Below are positions 54,435 to 64,000 of a stretch of DNA of 64,000 nt, one piece after another (position 1 is the first letter of the stretch; every line of letters begins with the position of its first letter). Under the pieces are notes generated by a model. That model saw nothing but the letters and a program-made list of their open reading frames with translations. It did not search any database and had not been told where the DNA came from. Source of the stretch: the human T2T-CHM13v2.0 reference genome, Homo sapiens; the NCBI RefSeq assembly GCF_009914755.1, contig NC_060947.1. One strand, written 5' to 3'. Made by a program: the position numbers and the translations under genes.

Positions 54435-54471
54435 AATGGCAAAAACCGTCATTACTTTAGCACCAACCTAA
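54435..54471 (+). mobile_element. Half MADE1 (single Hsmar1-type terminal inverted repeat)
   Basis: aatggcaaaaaccgtcattactttagcaccaacctaa matches one arm of MADE1 with 3 mismatches. Confidence 0.8.
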
Positions 54472-55519
54472 ATAGGAGTCATACAAAAAGAAAAAGCAGA
54501 TATAAGGATCTACTTAACCAAAGGAAATGCTTTATGTTAAGATAAACGAGGCAAATAAGAGATGCAAAAAGAAAATAAGAATACACTAAAGCACTGTATT
54601 AAAATCAGCAAAATGTTTAGTATTTAATGAAATCCATGATTATTTGAGGCCAGAACAGAAATATGTGTAACACTTTGCTGCACAAAATGTTTCTACGATA
54701 ACCAAATAATTTTCCTTTTAAAAAGCAAGAGTTAAAAGGTTGCCAAGCTACTGCAATTGAGGTAAATAAGGGAAAGAGAAGTCTGCGTATGAACAGGTAA
54801 CCTCCAGGGAATGGCAGGGATACAACTGGGTCCAAGAGAACATACATGAGATGTGGGCAGCACTTCAGGAAGTCTTTTCCTCCCATCACTCAGTTCAAGC
54901 TCCAACCTCCAGTTTCCTAAGACCTTGGTAGCCTCAGAGTAAAAAGGGATGACACAGACCCAGTAGGCAGAAGTCAGCTGAGAGGTGCAGTGAGAGCCCA
55001 GTCACAGTAGCTCCTCAGGATCAGCTATAAGGCTACTTAGGAGCATTTTCTGTCATGTCTCATCAGCATATGATGTGACACACAGGTACCAGTGGCTACT
55101 CTTTGAAGAATTTTAGAAAGCTTTTATTCCTTTTATAAGCATCATGCCCTGACAAACTATCGGATTCCAATTAAGACATCAACAAAAGACAATTTTCCTG
55201 ACATCTGTCTAAATCCTGTAGACATTTGTCTACAAATCTCCTGCACTATGAGAGAGACGAGGAACTGAAAAATGAGCACTAGGAAATGGGACTCTTCCTT
55301 CAGAATGTTTTCTGCTATAATACACATTGCAATGAATGCATTGCCACTGTAATGTTCGAGAGAGCTGAAGGTTCTGAAACTATTTCTTCCATATCTCCAA
55401 CATCAATTTTCTAAAGATGCATGCTTTACATTCTTGTCTCTTAAACAGAATTAACTGACTACTACTTAATACTGCTTTTGGGGTTGTTTTTAGTGGTTCA
55501 TGCTTAAGACTTAATCTTC

Positions 55520-56625
55520 CCTTTCCTATTTTAACTTTTCAAGTATACAGAAGAGTCAATAGTAGGATAGGAAACATCTACATACCCTATACCTGCACGC
55601 AACACACCTGAAAACATGCAGATGCCCTAACTCTTCATTCCTCTAGCTCTCTGCACGTTTCTCCTCAGAATAACACTCTCCTACACAGCCATAATACCAC
55701 TGCCAAACCCAGGCAAATCAGCAATATTTCATAGTACCCCCTAAATAGCACACATCACACCTCTCCAATTGTCACAAAAATGTCTTTTATAGATTTTTTT
55801 CCCCAATCTAAGGTCCACTGAATTTGACTATGTCCCTTTAGCCTCTTTAAAAGTGGAAAAGCCAGCCCCTATTTTTTCCCCATGATAGTCAACATTTTCA
55901 AGGACCCAGTCCAGGTACCTGGTGGAACATCCTACATTCAGGATTTGTCTTGCTGTTTCCACATGACACCCCCTCCCGTGTTCCTCTACCCCTCTGAAAC
56001 TGCTAGAGGTCCAGATGGATTCAGGTTAACCATTTCTGAGGTCACTTCAGAAAGCACACGTGACGTGACATGCTGCTTTCTGGATGGCAAAGCTACATCA
56101 GTTGGGCCACAGGGTCAATTGTGGCCCCCAGAGCTGCCCGCTCTGAAGGCCCGTTTGCCTCTGTTATCAGTCAGTGACTTCTGACATGGCACTGCGGGCA
56201 CCTTCGTCTCCTGCATGATTACTCTATGATTTTGGCTTCCACTGACAATGCTTGTGGGAACCACTTACAGTCGGGATCCCAAAATGGTGACCTGGCTAAT
56301 TCTCCCATTCTGTCCATATTTATTAACTGGCATTCTTCTGTAAAAGAGCTCACCCCCAGCCACCCTTTTACTCTTTTGAGAATCATAACACAGAGACTTA
56401 AAAAATATATAGACAGAGTATTATACTCTCTTCTGGTCATTATTCTTTTGATTACAAATGGTTCATATTGTGCCAGTGGGACCCCCCCCCCCAACCCCGC
56501 CCACTGCATCCTGGCATGAGAAAGTGCTCTGTGCTCATGTTGTATTTTACTGGTCCCGGTCCCTAGAATCAGCCACATCTCCTTAGGGCCTGTGTTCCTT
56601 TCACTGGGCATGATGTTTCCAAATG
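55520..56625 (-). mobile_element. L1MC4/5 3'UTR
   Basis: aaaatgtcttttatag, gatggattcaggtt, catatttattaactggcattcttctgtaaa, gaatcagccacatctcc. Confidence 0.7.
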
Positions 56626-56751
56626 AAGGATTTAATCTTTTTTAAGCCCTCCTGAGTATCACTGTATCACTTTGGGTGAAGTAGATTTACAAACTGTGCA
56701 GAACATAGGACCCCAATGACAAATACACCTCAGTCTGAAACATTAAGTTTA

Positions 56752-57046
<295 letters not shown>

Positions 57047-57047
57047 A

Positions 57048-57372
<325 letters not shown>

Positions 57373-58158
57373 TCAGGCATCTTGTGACAAAGCCATGAGT
57401 GTCCTTCAATCTCATGAGCAAACATCAAAGAGACTGTGGTGTGTGCTCCGACACAGTGAGAAAACAGCTGCATGGCTGCTCTTTCTTTCCTGTATCCCAC
57501 TGCATGGAACAGAGGAACCCATACACGTGAAACCTATTTAGGTTCCTGTGAGTACCTTCTCTTCGAAGGGTGCACAGCATGGCACACCTCTGTCCCCGGC
57601 AGCCTCCTCTTCCTGCCTAAGGGTTCCGGCTGTCCACACACACAGGCATTATAGCCAGTACTTCTAACTTGTATCTCAGGCTCTGAACTTCTCACTAAAA
57701 AGTTCCATGTACCACTATGGGAGAGGAGTCAGTTCACCAGCTTTCCTGAGGACAACTCTACTCTGCAGGGCTGGGGCTAGCATGAAGGTACTGACCCTAT
57801 ATAGACTGAATACAAACATCTCCCCAAAAAGGTGACGAAGGGGCACAGCATTATTCTTGCCAGAGGCAGCTGACCTGTGTCCAACTGAAGCACTAGGCAT
57901 AATTTCTAGATTAGAGGAAATACAGGGGACAGAGGAACAAGTAAGGTGGTATCATGTGGAAACAATCAGACAAATCCAGAATGTAGGCTGGTGTCTCGAT
58001 AACCATCCTAGACTCTTCTGAAAGTCATAGGGGGAAAACCCAGGATGTGTGCTTGCAGGATGGGGTGAGATTTTCACTTTAAAATAGGCTAAAGGGATAT
58101 TACCAATGGGCACCCAGTTTAAGAAATACTAATCTTAGCCTGACAGAGATTAATCTAG

Positions 58159-58476
<318 letters not shown>

Positions 58477-59057
58477 TGAAACATTAGAGATTTCTAATCT
58501 CTACCTGCCAGACATTGCTCAAAAGAGATGTGAAGAGGAGCTACACAGGTGCTCCAGCTATGCAAACCCAAGGGGAAAACAAAGTCTTCCTTCTTGTGTT
58601 CTTACACAGGAGAAATGCATGTGTTAGGATTATTATGTTTTCAAATCTCTTCTCACCTCCACACTTCAATGTAATCATTAGCAAGATCTTTTTTAATACA
58701 GTCTTTGCTTGATAAAAACAACAACAACAAAAAACGACTCTCTTCTATGCTTTAGTAAAGATGCCTATGGCTTGGCCATTTCTCCTGGTCTGGAATATCC
58801 ATTTTTCTTCTTGGCTCCTATCTATCCTTGACAGTATGCTACCCCAAATGTGATTTCAGTTCAAAATCCTGCACTGTTGCTAACACATTCTTATTGTGTA
58901 TATCATTAGCAATTATTCACAGATTTTACCAATCATGTTTTAGATTCCAGCAGGACTCTAAGATCCTTAAAGGAAGAGACTAATTTTGAAGCCTTTGTAA
59001 CACCCAGCAGAGTATTTTCTAAATAGATTAAGGATGAGTGAATGCATTCCTCTAGAG

Positions 59058-59266
59058 TTGTGCTGTCCACTCTATATTTTGTGTCTCTATGTTACGTTTT
59101 GGCAATTAGTCATTGGGGGCTATTTAAATAACACGAGAAATTCAGGTCCTCAGTTGCATGAGTCACATCTCATGAACCCAGTTTCCAGCTGTGGCTCCCA
59201 TCGGATGCAGTATAGTTACAGAACATTTCCATCCTGGCAGGAAGATTTGCTGGATACACAGTGCTG
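59058..59266 (-). mobile_element. MER3 (hAT-Charlie)
   Basis: tgtgctgtcca..aaattcaggtcctcagttgca..gaacatttccatc; 8-bp TSD ctctagag/ggctagag. Confidence 0.75.
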
Positions 59267-59449
59267 GGCTAGAGAGCAGACAGGCGCACAGTGCTCAAGG
59301 ACCATGTGCTTCTCTTCCATGTGCATGGCAGCTGACACAAGTGGGAGAGGGTTGGTGCTTATTTTGGCTTTTGTCTGAAGGCTCAGATAAGCTTCGATGT
59401 GCCAACTATGACCATTTGCTCTTACTTCATAGACACATGGAACAGTCTA

Positions 59450-59575
59450 TTGGGAGTCAAAGAGCAAACTTTGGTTTGCTCCTTGCTCTGTCCTTGAACA
59501 GCTATGTCATCTGCAGTGTTTTTTAAATAAGGCACCATCAATCACAAAAGGGCACATCATTCGGCCCAGCTCCCA
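59450..59575 (+). mobile_element. MIR fragment
   Basis: ggagtcaaaga..ttggtttgctccttgctctgtccttgaacagctatgt resembles the MIR 5' part. Confidence 0.45.
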
Positions 59576-61296
59576 GAGCTCAGAGAGAGAAGAGTCAAGG
59601 GCCCCACCAAGCGCCACAAGCAATGCCATGAAACTGCCTGCCAGGCATGGCTGTGAAGAGGTGACCATCCTCCTCTCATACGCAGGCACCTTGCCACGTG
59701 GCCAGCTGCACCAGGGTCCTTAGCTGCTACTCACTGTTGGCATCACAGCAAAGGACACAAGGGAGACAGAGGATAAAGGAGGATCAGGAAAGGTGGTGAT
59801 CTATCTGCCAGACATTGCTGAAAAGGGATGTGAAGAGAAGCCACATGGATGGCCCAGCTATGAAAAGCCATGGGGAAAAGTCTTCCTTTTTGTGCTCTTA
59901 CACAGTAGAAATGCATGTGTTAGGATTACTATGTCTTCAAAAAAATGCTCTTTAAGCACCAACAAGGCAATTTTAAACTGCAAATATCTGCAACACAAAA
60001 TCAAGGTTGCCCCCTTCCACCATTTTAACACTATTGAAGGAAGCTCTTAATATATTAAATGCTGCATTTATTAATCACTAAAATTCCCTTATAGCCGATG
60101 GTAGGAGCATTATTTTCAAGCGTAATGTATTCCAGAATAACACTATTGTGCTTTCTACCTACAGACTGCCTATCAATCACTTTTCAAACATCTCATCAGA
60201 AGGTCTGACCAGTCGCCTGAGCATCTATATAAGGAGTGCTTTCAGGGGACATTTCTTAGGAGATATCATTTACCTTGCTCCTTTACATTGCTTTAAGTCT
60301 CCATCTACTCCTGAAAAATGACAGAAAATAGTATATAAATTATAGCAGTTTAAAAAAAAAGAAATAGAATCAGAGTAAGGAGTGAATAATCGCAAAGATA
60401 AAAAGGACCAAATAATCTCTAATATATAGCTTTTCAAGGAGAAAAATAGATTCTGGCTCAAAAAACAAAACAAAACAAAACGATGCACTGCTGTCCCATA
60501 TTATACAGGCATATCTTATTTTATTGTGCTTCATAGATTGTAGTTTTTACAAATTCAAGGTTTTTGGCAACCCTGCGTCGAGAAAGTCTATCAACACCAT
60601 TTTCCTAACAGCATGTCTCACGTGACGTGTCTGTGTCACGTTTTGGTAATTCTTGCAATATGTCAAATCGTTTCATTATTACATCTGTTACGTCAATCTG
60701 TGATGAGTGATCTTTGATGTTACCATTGTCATTGTTTTAGGGCACCATGAACCGCACCCATATAAGTCAGAGAACTTAAGGGATAAATGTTGTGTGTGTT
60801 CTGATTGCTCCATAGACCCCCATCTCTCTTCCTCTCCTCCAGGCCTCCCTAGTCCCTGAATCACACTAATATTGAAATCAGGCTAATTAATAACCCTACA
60901 ATGGCCTCTAAGAGTTCAAGAGAAAAGAAGAGTCACACATCTCTCACTTTAAATTAAAAGCTAGAAATGGTTAAGCTTAGTGAGGAACACATGTCAGAAG
61001 CTGATAGGCTGAAAGCTAGGTCTCTTGCACCCAATTAGCCAAGTTGTGAATGCAAAGGAAAAGTTCTTGAAGGAAATTAAACGTGCTACCCCAGTGAACA
61101 CGTGAATGATGAGAGTGAAACAGCCTTATTGCTGACATAGAGGAAGTTTTAATGATCTGGGTAGAAGACCAAACCAGCACAACATTCCCTTAAGCCAAAG
61201 CCTAACCTAGAGCAAGGCTCTAACTCTCTTCACTTCTATGGGGACTGAGGCATGTGAGAAAGCTGCAGAAGAAAAGTCTGAATCTAGCAGAAGTTC

Positions 61297-61896
61297 ATGA
61301 GGTTTAAGGAAAGAATTGCTCCTTGCTCTGTCCTTGAACAGCTCCTTGAAGCAGCAAGTGCTGATGGAGAGGCCGCAGCAAGTTATCCAGGAGAGCTAGC
61401 TAAGATCACCGATGAAAGTGGCTACACTAAACAGATTTTCAATGTAGACAAAACAGCCTTCTATTGGAAGAAAATGCCACCCATGACGTTCATAGCTAGA
61501 GAGGAGAAGTCAGTGTCTGGCTTGAAAGCTTTAAAGGACAGGCGGACTTTTGTGTTAGTGGCTAATGCAGATGGTGACTTTAACTTGAAGCCAGTGCTCA
61601 TTTACAATTCTGAAAATCCTAGTGCTCTTAAAAATGATGCTGAATCTTCTCTTCCTGGGCTTTGTAAATGGAACAGCAAAGCTTGGATGACAGCACATCT
61701 GTTTACAGCATGGTTTACCGAATATTTTAAGCCCACTATTAAGAATTACTGCTCAAAAACAAATATTTCTTTCAAAATATTTCTGCCCACTGACAACGTA
61801 CCTGGTCACCCAAGAGCTCTGATGGAGATGTACAAGGAGATTCGTGTTATTTTCAGGCCTGCTAACACGACATCTACTCTGCAGCCCATGGATTGA
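61297..61896 (+). pseudogene. Tigger1 (pogo-family DDE) transposase remnant, 199-aa open segment
   Basis: [39 protein letters not shown] motifs; start and HTH region frameshifted, premature stop. Confidence 0.88.
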
Positions 61897-62415
61897 GGAG
61901 TAACTTCAACTTTCAAGTCTTATTACTTAGGATATGCATTTCCTAAGGTTATAGATGCCATAGATAGTGATTCCTCTGATGCATCTAGGCAAAGTAAATG
62001 GAAAACCTTCAGGAAAGGATTTAGCATTCCAGATGCCATTCACAACATTCATGATCCATGGGAAAAGATGAAAATATCAATGTTAACAGGAGTTTGTAAG
62101 GAGTTGATTCCAATCCTCATGGATGACTTTGAGGGGTTCAAGACTTCAGCAGAGGAAGTAACTGCAGAATGTGATGGAAATACCAAGAGAACTAGAATTA
62201 GAAGTGAAGCCTGAAGATTTGACTGAGTTGCTGCAATCTCAGGATGAAACCTGAACTGAATAGACACTGCTTCTTAGGGACGCGAAAAGAAAGTGGTTTC
62301 TGGAGATAAAAATCTATTTCTGGTGAAGATGTTGTTGAACATTGTTGAAGTGACAACAAAGGATTCACTATATTAACATAAACTTAGTTGGTAAAGCAGC
62401 AGCAGCAGAGTTTGA

Positions 62416-62769
<354 letters not shown>

Positions 62770-64000
62770 TGATGTGGCAAACTTCATTGCTGTTTTATTT
62801 TTTAAAATTGCCACAGCCACCCCAACCTTCAGCAACCACTACTCTGGTCAACAGTCAATATCAAGACAACACCTTCCACCAGCAAAAGAATTACAACTCA
62901 CTGAAGGATGACATGATCCCTAGCACTTTTTTTTTTAAAGCAATAAAATGTATTTAAGGTTATGTACATTTTTTAGACATAATGCTATTGTACACCTAAT
63001 AGAATACAGTATAGTATAAACCTAACCTTATGTGTACTGGGAAACCAAAAACTTCATGTGACTAATTTTATTGCGATGTTTGCTTTACTGTGATGGTCTG
63101 GAACTGAACCCACAATAGTTCTCACACATGCCTGTATCCAGTTTACTTAAAGATTCTAAATAAAACCATATTGCTTTTATTTGAAAGAGAGAGCTAGAAA
63201 AAAGAAAAGGATATTTTACACCTGCATGCCTAGAATCTGCTGAATATTTGTGTTGCCAGCTGGACAAAACTCTTATTATTTATCTGCAGAATTTTGCAAT
63301 TTAAGTTTTACCCCCTTCTCAATTATTCTAGAAACAGAAACAGCTGCAGTGGACAACCAACCACTTACTACAAGAACTTAAGGTTGGCATGGTTCAGGTC
63401 AATTAGAAAACAGAACCAAACGGAGCTAAATCTATAATCTGATGCTGTTTCTCCAACATACAATATAGCATCTTACTCTAAATCTCTTCGGACCCTTAAT
63501 AGGAACACACGTGTCTTGTGCTTTCTATATTCCAGAAGCCTTTTCAGTTTCCAGAAACAACAGATTACTCATTGATCACCCTGTAGTGAAAGGCCAATCA
63601 TGGCCCCTGAGATAAGGGTTCATCTCTGTCCCAAGCCCTCACACTGGCCTCCACCCTCAGCCATCTCCTTTGCAAACGTGGAAGAGAACCTACATTTCAC
63701 CTAGCAAGGGTAAAACCCAAGGGTACACTGTCAGCCTCCAGGGAAGACAGGGCAAAGAAAGAATGTGAACCTACCACCAGAGTTGCTTTGACATCCAGAG
63801 CAAGACCCATTACAAATGATGGAAGGAGGGGAGATTGTGATTACGATCTCATTCCAACTAGGATCACTGCACGTTCTGGGGTTAAACAATAACCACCTAT
63901 GGAAGCATGCAGAATGATCCTTCACTTTGCTCCACCTTCCTCAGAAATGTGCCAAAACTCTTAGAAATCCCACTTGGAATGAATGACTTGATAACATCAA

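Larger units (their letters stand above)
58497..59942. repeat. Dispersed direct repeat, ~150 bp, at 58497-58645 and 59799-59942
   Basis: Shared ctgccagacattgct.aaaag.gatgtgaagag..ccagctatg..aagtcttcctt.ttgtg.tcttacacag.agaaatgcatgtgttaggatta.tatgt.ttcaaa. Confidence 0.9.

Noticed and set aside
61297-61896. Functional TIGD-like domesticated transposase gene
   Set aside because: The N-terminal DNA-binding region is frameshifted, the ORF stops early, and TIRs and TA TSD show an ordinary Tigger1 fossil.

Overview
Primate (almost certainly human) genomic DNA lying wholly inside the minus-strand PUDP (HDHD1/HDHD1A, pseudouridine-5'-phosphatase) gene. From recall this is Xp22.31, next to STS. Only two coding exons are visible. 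Constitutive exon 2 (25405-25623, 219 nt, phase 1-1) has a strong internal in-frame 5' splice site. A 69-nt in-frame cassette exon (36751-36819) is carved from the antisense strand of an MSTB MaLR LTR. The rest is intron packed with Alu, L1, L2, MIR, MaLR/ERV LTRs (including an LTR7-family solo LTR nested in a THE1/MST LTR) and a near full-length Tigger1. Structure not explained by known repeats: a 3-copy ~170-bp diverged tandem array (8.3-8.8 kb), a perfect 24-bp VNTR, a composite 30/52-bp minisatellite with a G4 spacer, a ~150-bp dispersed duplication, and a perfect 28-bp templated insertion into Tigger1 copied from 1.8 kb away. Nearly all ORF-track entries are spurious or repeat-derived. 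I cannot demonstrate a wholly new biological system. The best candidates are LTR-driven remodelling of the PUDP cap domain and the unexplained arrays. Repeat subfamily calls come from recalled consensus sequences and their boundaries are approximate.
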